Positions 43,482 to 56,297 of a DNA stretch of 64,000 nucleotides are shown piece after piece. The position numbers were made by a program, and so were the translations under genes. The DNA is taken from assembly GCA_051294375.1 (NCBI GenBank), contig CM119271.1, positions 8,773,083-8,837,082 on the forward strand, given 5' to 3'. The notes under the pieces are model-generated. The model was given only the letters and a program-made list of their open reading frames with translations, searched no databases and had not been told where the DNA came from. Numbering within the stretch: the first letter of the stretch is position 1; every line of letters starts with the position of its first letter. The stretch comes from Paraspadella gotoi. Lineage: Eukaryota > Animalia > Chaetognatha.

Positions 43482-43521
43482 CCGGACGCCGGACGCCGGA
43501 CGCCGGACGCCGGACGCCGGA
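43482..43521. repeat. Heptamer tandem repeat (CCGGACG)n running into a gap
   Basis: About 5.5 perfect copies. Confidence 0.9.
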
Positions 43522-44154
43522 NNNNNNNNNNNNNNNNNNNNNNNNNNNNNNNNNNNNNNNNNNNNNNNNNNNNNNNNNNNNNNNNNNNNNNNNNNNNNNN
43601 NNNNNNNNNNNNNNNNNNNNNNNNNNNNNNNNNNNNNNNNNNNNNNNNNNNNNNTTTTCTTTCTCTCTGAAGCCGAAATCGACGTCTGAGTTTGACGTAA
43701 ATTCGAGAGACGAAATGGAATAAGTTGACGGCGACGACGAACGAAAGACCAGGATATTTATGGTGCGGGCATAAGCAGTCCTTGTCAACGAGATGAATTG
43801 TTANNNNNNNNNNNNNNNNNNNNNNNNNNNNNNNNNNNNNNNNNNNNNNNNNNNNNNNNNNNNNNNNNNNNNNNNNNNNNNNNNNNNNNNNNNNNNNNNN
43901 NNNNNNNNNNNNNNNNNNNNNNNNNNNNNNNNNNNNNNNNNNNNNNNNNNNNNNNNNNNNNNNNNNNNNNNNNNNNNNNNNNNNNNNNNNNNNNNNNGAT
44001 TGATAGATTGAATCTTTCTTTCATTCTTTCTTTCTTTTCTTTCTTTTTCTCATTTTTTAATTCAATATTCATGGTAATTATCCTTTCTTTTTCGTTGTTT
44101 GAGAGATTAACAAAGTTTGATTTTATTTTTGCAACGAATTTTATTTTTACAAGA

Positions 44155-44195
44155 GCAGACATGTTTCGGCTCACAGTACGAGTCTTCATCAGCGC
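44155..44195 (-). ncRNA. Minimal type I hammerhead ribozyme (Penelope-like-element type)
   Basis: The minus strand reads GCG-CUGAUGA-A-GACUC-guacugu-GAGCC-GAAA-CAUG-UC|UGC. Both conserved boxes are present, stem II has one A-C mismatch, helix III is the palindrome ACAUGU, the cleavage triplet is GUC (44160-44158), stem I is 3 bp with one G-U, and AATAAA follows about 12 nt downstream. Confidence 0.7.
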
Positions 44196-44302
44196 ATATT
44201 AATTTATTTGTATTATTTGTTAATTCAATATTCAATTACGTGTATTAATCATTCATTTTAAATGTAACACCGTATCGTAAACCGGACTTTTCCACCTCAG
44301 AC

Positions 44303-44372
44303 ATACGGATCCAGTCGAAATGGATTCGTATTTCTCTTTCCGATCGCCCAAGGGGGCTTCGGCGATCGAAAG
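44303..44372 (+). other. Tandem pair of strong hairpins
   Basis: ATACGGATCCA-gtcgaaa-TGGATTCGTAT (11 bp, one G-U; 44303-44331) and CTTT(C)CGATCGCC-caagggggcttc-GGCGATCGAAAG (44336-44372). Confidence 0.45.
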
Positions 44373-44619
44373 CCTTCAAAGCCAAACGACAAAAATCTTC
44401 TTTTTACGTCGCTTTTCCTTTCAAATTTTCCCGCCAATTAAATCCTGGGATAAATTTTGAAGGTTTTATTACTGATAAGAATCTAGAGTCTTCTTCTCTT
44501 TTGATTTATGCTGGGTGAGTTTGGTAGGGAAAGTCTCTGAGTTAAGGAGGAGGGGGGGGAGAAGGTGAGTTTGAAGAGGTTAGGAAGAACGGTGTTCAAA
44601 GTTGGGGAGTGAGACATGG

Positions 44620-44620
44620 T

Positions 44621-44680
<60 letters not shown>

Positions 44681-44752
44681 AGGAAAGAAGGAAAGAGAGA
44701 AAGAAAGAAAGAAAGAAGGAAAGAGAGAAAGAAAGAAAGAAAGAAAGAACGA

Positions 44753-44808
<56 letters not shown>

Positions 44809-45045
44809 AAAAAGAAAGAAATAAAGAACGAGAGAAAGAAAGAAAAAAGAAAGAAGGGAAAAATGAAAGAAAGACGGAAAGAAAGAAAGAAAGNNNNNNN
44901 NNNAGAAAGAAAGAAAGAAAGAAAGAACGGAAGAAAGAAAGAAAGAAAGAAAGGGAAAAATGAAAGCCACCAAGTCAGCAAGCAAGCAAGCAAGAAAGAA
45001 AGAAAGAAAGAAAGAAAGCAAGAAAGAAAGAAAGAAAGAAAGAAA
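44620..45045. repeat. (GAAA)n microsatellite
   Basis: Read directly. Confidence 0.95.
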
Positions 45046-45396
45046 GTTTCCAGTCAGAGGTGCGTCAACTTCGCGCCCTCGAGGATTCGTAAAACTCAAT
45101 CAATTCGAATCAATTCTTGTCTTTTGTTTATGGACGAATTTATTGAGTCTCGAATCTTATCGAAAATGAAAAAAAAAAAGAAACGCTCGTTAAAATATTT
45201 TGAGAAANNNNNNNNNNNNNNNNNNNNNNNNNNNNNNNNNNNNNNNNNNNNNNNNNNNNNNNNNNNNNNNNNNNNNNNNNNNNNNNNNNNNNNNNNNNNN
45301 NNNNNNNNNNNNNNNNNNNNNNNNNNNNNNNNNNNNNNNNNNNNNNNNNNNNNNNNNNNNNNNNNNNNNNNNNNNNNNNNNNNNNNNNNNNNNNNN

Positions 45397-45430
<34 letters not shown>

Positions 45431-45811
45431 GACGGGACCCTCGATTAATTTAATTCCAGTATCTGGAGATTTTTACAAAAATCGCGGGAGAAAATAACTC
45501 ACACATTCACTCACACAAAAAAAAATAATAAAATCGAGAGGCGGTCGACATATATTTTTTAAAGTGACACAAAGTACGTTTTTTAAAACTTTCTTTTTTT
45601 TAAATATTTCTCTCNNNNNNNNNNNNNNNNNNNNNNNNNNNNNNNNNNNNNNNNNNNNNNNNNNNNNNNNNNNNNNNNNNNNNNNNNNNNNNNNNNNNNN
45701 NNNNNNNNNNNNNNNNNNNNNNNNNNNNNNNNNNNNNNNNNNNNNNNNNNNNNNNNNNNNNNNNNNNNNNNNNNNNNNNNNNNNNNNNNNNNNNNNNNNN
45801 NNNNNNNNNNN

Positions 45812-45847
<36 letters not shown>

Positions 45848-46575
45848 ATGTGAGGTCCTTCGAGAGGAGCGGCCTAGGAGAGGGGCGTCCACCTGCGGAG
45901 AGACTCGACGCTTTTACGGCCATTTTCTTTTCTGTGTCTTTTCTTCTCTTTTTTTGTTTTCTTCTTTACTTTTTTGTTTTCTATATTTTTACTCAGTTTT
46001 CTATGTCTGTTCTTTTTCTATTTTTTACTCTTTTACTCTCTTTTTTACTTTCTCTGTCTTTACTATGTCTCTTCTTCTCTTTTTTGTTTTCATTCTTTAC
46101 TTTTCTCTTTTCTATCTTTCTCCTCTCTTTACTTATATTAAATCTTTTTTTTTGTTCTTATTCTTTACTTTTTTTTCTTTCTCTTTTTTACCTCTTTTAA
46201 GTCTTTCCCTCTTTTAACTTTATTCTACCTTTTCCTTGCTTCTTTCTCCTTTATTTTTCTTTCTTTTTTTTCTCGTAATTAAATAATATATCTATCTGTA
46301 TTTCTATTTTATTTTTACGACGAGGGCAAGATTTCCTTTGGGATTTAGAAATCAAGTCTGAAGTACAGCGATAAATCAATTGATAGTCAAAAAGATTATT
46401 AAATGCTAAAGCAAAAAAAAAAAGATTTATGGCACTAAAGTTGACATGGCATGGCATGTGCTAGCATGACGTGACGGGGAAAATCGTAAGTTCGTCATTC
46501 TTTCTTCCTTGTCGACGTTTAAACTCGAGACAGTTTGTGACCACATTTTTCACTTCGAAACACACGTGCAAAAGG

Positions 46576-46651
<76 letters not shown>

Positions 46652-46829
46652 AGAGAGAGCATCTGTTATTTTTTCATTTTCCCCATTTTTTAGGTGACAA
46701 GGGAACTTATCTCATCGCCAACCGCCGTGTCAAAATGTCACAGAACAAAGCCGTTTTTTTTTTCTCATCGTTTTAAAAAAATGACAAAAAAAATAGAATC
46801 TTCCCTTCGGAGAGAAATATAGATTCCTC

Positions 46830-47090
46830 CACCCCTCTCTTACCTCTTCCCCTCCCCCTCTTCCCCATTACTCTTTCCCTCCGTCATTCCCTCTTCCTCT
46901 CTTCCTCTTCCCCGTCCCTCTCCTCATCTTCCTCATCCACTCTCTCTCTTCCTCTTCCCCCCCTCTTCCCTTACTCTCTTCCCTCCTTTCCTCTTCCCTC
47001 TTCCTCTTCCCCTCTTCCTCTCCCCCAGTTCCTTCCTCTTCCTACATTTCCCTCTCCTCTTCTTCCTCTTCCCCTCTCTCTCTTCCCCTG
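46830..47090. repeat. Polypyrimidine CTCTTCC(C) degenerate minisatellite
   Basis: Almost pure C/T tract. Confidence 0.75.
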
Positions 47091-47983
47091 CCGCCTCTCA
47101 TTTTCCTTACTACTACCCCCCACCGCAAGAGAAAAAAAAATCTTAGGGGAGGCAAGTAGGGATGAAAAATGACGTTTCTTTAAAAAAAGAGCCCAAGGGG
47201 GAGAGTTAAAAATGAAAAATATATACATTTATCATCCGAAAATTTTGGAACGTTAGTTTCTTTTTCTTTTTTTTTTACGTGCATCTGGAGTCCGTCCTCA
47301 TTAGCGATGCCCTTTTGTTTTGTGCGCGAGTGTCTTTCCTCTTTTTTTTCTTTCTTTTTTTTTCTCGTCTTTGTCTTTATTAATCATTCCTCCGGTGATT
47401 CGACATTTGTTGTTTTCCCGGCTGAGAATTTGGGTTAAAACTCGCTGTGGGACATTTATTTGTCATTGACATTGATGTTGCAATTTTAGTGAGTGACAGT
47501 TCGGCGTGAATGCTAAATGGAATCATAAAAAGAAATGCTCGCGAATGAATGAAGCTATCTCTATCTCTATCTCTGCCATATCTCTGTCACTTTTCGTTCG
47601 GTCTGTCGGTCGGTCGGTCGGTATGTCTGTCCGTCGGTCTGTAGTACATTAAAAATGCTTATGCCTATAGTTATATATATGGTTGCTCATTTGTTAAGAC
47701 TTAAAACTTCAAATCTAAGTGAATGCTAGCGTCGCCTTCGGGAAATTTTAAAACTATAAAAATAAAATACAAAATTCCGATGCAGTGCGTGTTATTAATA
47801 CAAATACAATATAAAGACGTTTATTATACATCAATTTCCTAGTCATGTAGTCATGTGATCAGTGATCACGTGAAAAGAAAGTCACTGCGGAGCAACACAT
47901 TGTATGGACCGATCTTGTTTCATAAATTCTCGATCAAGACTCTGTCTCGAACCTTGGACCCGACGGTCACTTTTGTAATTAAA

Positions 47984-48033
<50 letters not shown>

Positions 48034-48849
48034 TTTTTCTGCTCCCCTCAGCCTTTTTTTTTTCTCCTTTAACGACAGCATAAACTTCTCTTTTCATTTA
48101 ATACGTCGATTATTAATCACCCGAAAATAACAATAAAAGACAATTTACGAGATTTCATATCTCGATTCTCCTCTGCGTCCAAATTTCGCCGATGTTGGGA
48201 CCCAATTTTTTGGGTCTCCCATTGACTCGGGAGAACGTTGGTGCTCGGGAGGTTTGGTGATTTGTTGATTTTGTACTTTTGTACTTCTGCACCTTTGTAC
48301 CTTTGGTCCCATTTAAGCTTTGAACTTTGGTAAGTTAGTTAGGGATTTTCGGATTTACTGACAGTAAAGCAAATAGTAAATCTTCATTTGGTTAGATAAA
48401 GAAAATTAAGTAAATGATAAAAAAATTATTAGTGAATAGTTTTGGTTACCCTGATATTTATAAATACGATTTTTCAAAGAAGTCGTGAACGATTTATAAA
48501 TAAATTATTGTTAACGGAAAATAATGTGCTAATTTATTTGTACAATAACTTTGAAATACGCTCATAGATTATCATTACTGTTAACGTTTGTTTTCGCTTT
48601 ACTTTTCTGTTTGGGGAGGGTTAGACTTATTTTAATTGTGTTGATGTGTGTCGCTGTATCAAATTTTTGATATTAAATACTCAATAGTAAATCTTCTTAT
48701 ATGGAACAGTATTGCTTCGATACCAAATTCTCATACAACCACCGAATCACTCGTTATATAAATATAAACGATATAAACTCTTAATATAAACGACCCAACG
48801 ATAGCTTCGCTTAGAAAAAGTATATTTTATTCGAAACTAAGACACTCAC

Positions 48850-49025
48850 CGCCTCTGAAGTCCCTCGGCGCCTTCCCAGCACTAACTGCCTTCCGCTTAG
48901 TCAAAACCTCATTATGAACGGTAAACGTCTTTCGTGTTATTAATATTCACTCTCATGAATCTTGACACACGTCACTTTTCAGATCTGCGTTGCTTCCGCA
49001 CGGAAAACTTGGATGTCTCTGCAAC
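48850..49025 (-). other. Candidate non-coding (UTR or lncRNA) exon
   Basis: On the minus strand, ttatttttag|GTTGCAG ... GAGGCG|gtgagt brackets a 176-bp GC-richer island in AT-rich flanks; all three frames contain stops. Confidence 0.3.
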
Positions 49026-50500
49026 CTAAAAATAAATTTGCCTCAATTATATTTGGGTCAGTTTTAAAAATTGATTTCCCGCAATTTAACGATGTTTCGT
49101 TACTTAACGTAGCACTGTGCGAAATATTTGTTTACCAAAGTTTTCGACAGAGGTCTCGAGGTCAACGTCAGGGGCAATAAAAGATTTAACAACATTTGAT
49201 ATTAACAAAATTAAAAAATTTATCGTTTTAATTTTCCAAATTTTGCTTTTTCATTTCGCTCAAATAATTTAAGGTAATCTTTGCTTGAAAGTTTGAAGTC
49301 TTAAAAAAATTTATAAATCCTTTCCTATATAAACTAAAGATTATTAATAATTAACATATTGAACCAAGGAAATTACATTCTATAAAGTTCCATCGAACGG
49401 ACAACTTCCCGCAATATCTTTCCATCATTCCAACTTAAAAAAATATATTCCTCAACACAATCAAAGAAAACATTAACTCGTCCACCACCCCCCCTTTTTC
49501 ATAATCCAAAAAACCGCAAAATCCGTTCCATGACCGCGACACCCCGGTACCACCCTTCCACCTTGTCCCACCCCACCTAGCCCACCTCATCTCGACACCC
49601 CAACCCAGCCAGAGACGTCATATGCTTTTTTCATCCTTCGCCCATAAATCAAANNNNNNNNNNNNNNNNNNNNNNNNNNNNNNNNNNNNNNNNNNNNNNN
49701 NNNNNNNNNNNNNNNNNNNNNNNNNNNNNNNNNNNNNNNNNNNNNNNNNNNNNNNNNNNNNNNNNNNNNNNNNNNNNNNNNNNNNNNNNNNNNNNNNNNN
49801 NNNNNNNNNNNNNNNNNNNNNNNNNNNNNNNNNNNNNNNNNNNNNNNNNNNNNNNNNNNNNNNNNNNNNNNNNNNNNNNNNNACCGCCGATGACAGCTCT
49901 TCTTTTTCTTGGACGTGTGTGTGTGAGTGTGTGCTTTCTGCCTTTTGTGTGTGTGTGTGTGATTGTGTGTATATGTTAGTTTGTTTCGTTTCCAAAAAAA
50001 AGGAAATATTAATTAGTATTTATCTATTCTTAGTGAGATTTACAAGTTCATTTTTATTATTTTCTTGCCTACATTTCGATTAAAATCAGGCCGCCCAAAA
50101 ATGATTTTTTCCACACAACGGATTAACTAAAATGTACTCGTAATTGCATTACGATTTGCTTAATACTAATATAAAATCTCCTGTGCAGGTGATGGCTCAA
50201 CAATAAAAAAAAAGTTAATTATTTTACTTCCACTTAACTACCGTGCGAATGTTTTTTTTTTTAACCTTCCTTTTTTTAAGGGGAGACCCGTTTCGATTTT
50301 GGTCATCTTCATTAAGGGGAGACTAATTAAACGCGTTTGTCAATATTCTTAGTTCCTTTACAAGAGAATTTGAAAAAAAATTACGAGTGAATATGTCAAA
50401 AAGGCTTTATTAGATTTTTGAGGTGAAAATAAATTAAATTTCAGAGAAAGTGTCAATATTATTGAAATTAAGTGAGAAAGGGGAAATTGAGGGAGGGAGA

Positions 50501-50590
<90 letters not shown>

Positions 50591-51733
50591 CCGTCTCGTT
50601 TGATTCATTAATCGTTTTTCACGATTCGACAACAATGAATTTGTTTTTCTCCTTCATTTTTTATCGTTTTGTTGAAAAAAAAAAAAGAAATAAATTAACC
50701 AAAGAGAAATTAATATATTCCTCTGCCTTTCGGACTGCGAGAGGGAAGGAAGAAATGGGGGGGGGGAATAAAAGAGAGAAAGACAGAGAGAGGGAGTGAG
50801 TGAATGAGTCGAGAGACAGAGATAAAGAGACGGAGAGAGACAGAGACAGAGAGCGGAAAAAGCGAATAATTCGATTTCGTTCAACAATTTTATCGCTCGT
50901 TTATTTTGTCAAAAAATTCGACGACATGTCAGTCATATAAAATTAAAAATAGAATTTTTTTTTTAATTCGGGCTCCGTCAGATCTTATCCGAAGAAAATA
51001 ATCGACATTAAAACTTTCATTAAATAAACAATAAGTTAAGCTGTTTAATTAAAAGGAATAATACCTGATCAAAGGGAACAAATTCTCACGAACGATCGAT
51101 CTATAAGACTGTTTTTCTCTCTTTATCTATATTTTTCTTTTTCTCTTTTTCTAGTTATTTATAGCTTCTCTATAAAAAAAAATAGTTCTATCGTCTGAAA
51201 AATGATTATAATTCATTCCGCCTTCAATTTTCGCCTTTTCTTTCCTCTCTCTTTCTCTCTCTCTCTCTCTCNNNNNNNNNNNNNNNNNNNNNNNNNNNNN
51301 NNNNNNNNNNNNNNNNNNNNNNNNNNNNNNNNNNNNNNNNNNNNNNNNNNNNNNNNNNNNNNNNNNNNNNNNNNNNNNNNNNNNNNNNNNNNNNNNNNNN
51401 NNNNNNNNNNNNNNNNNNNNNTACCAACCCTCCCCTACCCTCTCCGATGACTAATCCAAACGCCAAAAAATAAAAAAATAAAAAAACAACAAGCGCGTCG
51501 TAAACTCAAAAAAAGTACAGTAATCATCTTTTATCTCTGTCTAATCATTGTTCCCCTTTCGTCTCTAATTTTTTCGCCTATCGAACGACGACGACGACGA
51601 CGACGACGACGACCAAGTTTTATATTTCCAGTTTCGGGAGATTATGAGACGATGACACGCCACGCCGTCCATCTCTGTCTCCTTTGGGGGCCCTTCATCT
51701 CTCGTTTGTCTGTCTGTCTGTCCGTCTTCGGAG

Positions 51734-51776
<43 letters not shown>

Positions 51777-52470
51777 GTCTCTCTCTCTCTCTCATCATAT
51801 CTGTGTGTCTCTTTTCCTTCCTTCACATATCTTCTGCAATCTCCTCACTCCTCCTCCTCCTCTTCCTCCTCCTCCCCCTCCTCCTCATTCCCGCCACCCG
51901 GTCCTCCACTCCCGGCGCCGGGGCGCTCTCTCGGTTCCATCGTCGGCGTCGTAAACATGTCGGCGCAGGAATCGGTCGCCATCTAACGAAGGACTGGTTT
52001 ATGACTTGATAAACAACGATGAATCATTTGANNNNNNNNNNNNNNNNNNNNNNNNNNNNNNNNNNNNNNNNNNNNNNNNNNNNNNNNNNNNNNNNNNNNN
52101 NNNNNNNNNNNNNNNNNNNNNNNNNNNNNNNNNNNNNNNNNNNNNNNNNNNNNNNNNNNNNNNNNNNNNNNNNNNNNNNNGAGAGAGAGAGAGAGAGGGA
52201 GAGAGAGAGAGAGATAGAGATAACGAGGTCGACGACGGTAAAAATCGTCGGCGCCGATCGTTCACAGAATCACAGATGTTCGCGTGAGTATTCGCTCCGT
52301 TCATCCGTTCAGTGAAAAGGAGCCAAACTGATGATAACTAAATAACTAACTTAAATTTATTTTATACTTGTAAATTATGTAGACTTAGTACTGTTTGTTT
52401 GTACTTAAAATTATGTACCAATCTGTAACGATATGCGTTATTGTCACATATTTGAACATTACAAAGCAAA

Positions 52471-52510
<40 letters not shown>

Positions 52511-52630
52511 CGGGGCGCTCTCTCCGGTTCATCGTCGGCGTCGTAATACATGTCGGCGCAGGCAATCGGTCGCCCATCAACGAAGGACTGGTTTATGGAC
52601 TTGATAAACAACCGGGTGAATCATTTTGAG

Positions 52631-52674
<44 letters not shown>

Positions 52675-52959
52675 AGATGAGATCGAGAGACGATGGAGAT
52701 GGACTGAATGAGAGACGGAGAGAGATGAGAGAGCACTAATCCAAGAACTAATAGCATCCAGGAACGACAAGACAAACGGAGCGCTCTGAGGAACTAACTG
52801 GCTAATAAAAAGTACCCGGCCATTTACAGAAGGAGGAGACGGAGGAGAGGAGAGAGACGGATTTAGAGAAACGAGGTTCCGACGGACGGTAAAATCGTCG
52901 GCCGCCGATCGTTCACAAATCACAGATGTTTTCGCCGGTGAGTATTCCGCTCCGTTCCA

Positions 52960-55301
52960 AGTATGTCATCCTTCACGAATCGCTTCCCCCGGGGGCCGCG
53001 TGCTCGGGGCGGCCCCGCGGGGTGGCTCCGCGGGGACTGGCCCCGACGCGGGCACGGCAAAATCCTTACCGCCTAGGGGCCGGCGCCCCTGTAGCCTCTT
53101 TGGAGCCCCAAGGGCCACTCCAGGCGGGAATTCCCCCAGGGGCTAGAAAAAAACCCTCTGCCCCCTGGGGCTACCCCCAGGCGGGATTGATTTTCCTGCC
53201 CCCTGGAACGGCTCTCTTCTCCCTCCTCTCTCTCTTCTCCCTCCTTCTCTCTTCTTTTCTCTCTCCCTCTCTCTCTCTTTCTCTATTTTCTATTTTCATC
53301 CTTTCATTACAATAAAATATATAAATAAAAAATAATATTTTTCACTTCAAATTTAATCAATCAATTGAACCAATAGCCTTGCACCAATACAAACTTGCAT
53401 AATTTGGTCACCTTGGCATAATTTAGTCAATTGACATAATTTGGTCAACTGATACATAAATTGGTCAACTGATTATAATTTAATCAACTCTCTTTAAATA
53501 TTTGGTAAACTTTTATAATTTGGGTAAACTTTCCTATAATTTGTAATTTTTTTATAAATTAGTTAACTGCTTACATTGTTTAACCTTCATAATTGTCTAA
53601 ACTATACGTCTATAATTTGGTTTAAACTTTCATACAATTGTAAACTTTCATCATTTGGTAACCTTCATAATTTAATTCAATTTGCATAATTAATCAACTC
53701 GCCATAATTTGGCTCAACCTTCGGTCAATTTTCATAGATTTTGTCAATTGGCATTTAAAATTGGTCACTGTATATAATTGGGTATAATCATTGCTTTAAT
53801 TTAGTCAAACAGTCATGAATTTGGTCAACTTGCATAATTTTGGTAAACCAATTTCATAATACTCGGTTCAAGTAAAAGTCAACTTTCGTTTTATTCCACT
53901 TAGAGAAACTCACTTTCATTTTTCTACCCACATATAAAAATTTTATACTTAATTCATTTTCTATAGAATAACAGAAGTAGGATGATTTTAATCTTTTTTT
54001 AATTCAACTTATAAAAAATAATTCAATTAAAAAATATTTTAATTCGCAATTAATTAATTAATTATCAAGTCTCTAGTCCATCCCATATTAGCATTTAAAC
54101 TCCAATTATTATGATTAAATAGATGGATTTGGTAATGAAAATTGTGTGTGTGGTAGGAAAAGTATGTGATTGAGCTAGAATAAAGTTTTCTCTCCTCTCT
54201 CTCTTCGAGAGTCGTCAGCCCTCTAGCATTAACAAACGTGAAGTTCATCATAAGCCAATCTACAAACTGCACGATTATTAATTACAAATCTTAAATAAAA
54301 TACAACATTTATTTACCGAAGTGTATACACTTGTTTAATTGTTTGATGAATAGTTTTTATATTTTTTTTGGACGCGGACGCCATTAATTCTAAGTACGGT
54401 CTGTCAGTCAGCTGGCCATTATTTGTTTTGGTAAATTTATTTAAAGATTTCTTTTGAAACATCAAATTATGAATATTTTTTTTAAAAATATAGTGTCTCT
54501 CTATCAGTCTCAATCAGTATGTCCATCCAACAAAAACATGAAAGAAAAAAAAAAATTTTAACAACAAAAAGATAAAAAAGACAAAAAAAGAAAGATCAAA
54601 TGAGCCTGATTAGCTTCTTTGACCCACTTAAATTTTTGTTGGCTACGTCCTACATTGTTTTGCTTTAAAATTTTGTTTTCTATATCCTTTTAACTGAAAT
54701 AAAAATAATTGGGTTAAAAAATACTAAAATATTATAATTTTTAGACTAAAATATGGAAGAAATGACGTTTGAACATGATAATCTTGAAAATATATGTATA
54801 TTAATTCAGGTTACATAAAACAAGTTTTACCAAGAGAGAGAGAAAAAAAAGATCTATAGAGAGAGAAAAAAACGTAGAGAGAGAAAGAGAGGTGAAAAAG
54901 GAAAAGGGAGAGAGAGAGAAAGAGAGAGCTGAGAACAGACAGAGGAAATATTCTCAATATAATAACATAGTCAGAAAGTCAATATATTTCTCATCTAACT
55001 TTGCTCTCTCTTTAACTCGCCCCTTGGGGAGCAGTTTTTTGCTTTCCCAAGGGGTCTACCCCCAGGGGCAGACTTTTTTTTTTTGGCCCCAGGGGGGCAA
55101 ATAGCATTAGGGGCGCCCCTAATTAGACCCAAAATCGTCTTGGCCCCAGGGGAACCCCCCTGGGGCGCGCCCCCTGAGGCCAATCCATTAGGGGCGCCCC
55201 CTTCAATGACCATTTTGCTGCTCCCCCTGGAATAGTCTGCCCCCTGCGGCCGCCCCTAGAGCCCACGCGGGGGCTGGGAGGATTGGAGATGACCATATCT
55301 C
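52960..55301. mobile_element. ~2.3 kb non-autonomous DNA transposon with long GC-rich imperfect TIRs (MULE/foldback-like or hAT-like)
   Basis: The left end agtatgtcatc...cgcgtgctcggggcggcc matches the reverse complement of the right end (gagatatggtcatc...cgcgtgggctctaggggcggcc). The flanking duplication is (c)tccgttca at 52951-52959 and 55302-55309. The empty site is at 52291-52320. Confidence 0.75.
53395..53850. repeat. ~18-19 bp minisatellite (ATAATTTGGTCAACT core) inside the TIR element
   Basis: Many degenerate cataatttggtcaact copies. Confidence 0.8.
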
Positions 55302-55489
55302 TCCGTTCATCCGTTCACAGAAAAGGAGCCAAAACCTGATTGATAACTAAAATAACTAACTTTGAATTTATTTTATACTTATAAAATTATGTTAGACTTG
55401 AGTTAACTGTTTGTTTCGTACTTACATATTATGTACCAATCTGTAACGATATGCGTTACTGTCACATATTGAAACATTACAAAGCCAAA

Positions 55490-55539
<50 letters not shown>

Positions 55540-56297
55540 TCCTCGTCTCTCTCTTCTCTCTCTTCTCTTCTCCCTCTCTCCTCTTCTTTTTCTCCCTTCT
55601 CCCTCTATGCTAATTTCTTCCCAGTTTGGTTTTATTTTATCTTTCCTTCTTTATTTTTTTCGAAGGCCCAGCGCTAAAATTCTCCATACATTGATCATTT
55701 GTCTAGTTTTACGTTGTTCATTGATCATTTTGTCTTTGGCGACCCGGAGCCATGATCGTCTGAGAACATCATTAATTCCACGGACCCCGAAAAAAAATTA
55801 TATCGCTCTTCTCTCTCTCTCTCTCCTTCTCTCTCTCTCTCTCTCTCTCTCTCCTCTCTCTNNNNNNNNNNNNNNNNNNNNNNNNNCTCTCTCTCTCTCT
55901 CTCATTTTCATACACTTTTTGGCTCTCTTTTCCGACAGTGCCCAATTTCTTTTTCTTTTAACCATAATATTTAATTTAAACATATTTAATGAAAGGTTTA
56001 AATTAGTTTTTATAATAATTTTATTTTTTATTACTCATGGTGTAAATAAATAAAGTAAATAAAATCGTTGTACAAAATTAAAAACTTTGCTAATTTTTAA
56101 TACAAAATTGATATGTTTTGGCTTTTGTTTTTTAAGCTTTCATCGGCATTAAAAGTTAAACTGTTAAAACTGTTAAACTTTTGTAATAAAATATAATCAT
56201 TAACAGAAATTAATTCAAACCTTTCATTAAATATCTAAACGTAATGAAAAGAAAGGATCATAATATAACTTAAAAATATATATTCGAACTTACAATT

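Noticed and set aside
49255-49280. Spliced-leader-like AAATAATTT(A)AG|GTAA (also ttaaattaaataatttg near 16293)
   Set aside because: A short AT-rich match only, with no upstream leader sequence or Sm-site structure; expected by chance.
50277-50325. Second hammerhead-like string on the minus strand (TTAATGA-AGAT...ATC-GAAACGGGTC)
   Set aside because: The CUGANGA box is broken, and the would-be stem I arms are a direct repeat (ttaaggggagac twice), not complementary.
53395-53850. CRISPR-like array (also considered for 1864-2272)
   Set aside because: Contiguous degenerate tandem units without unique spacers, no cas genes, and a eukaryotic context.
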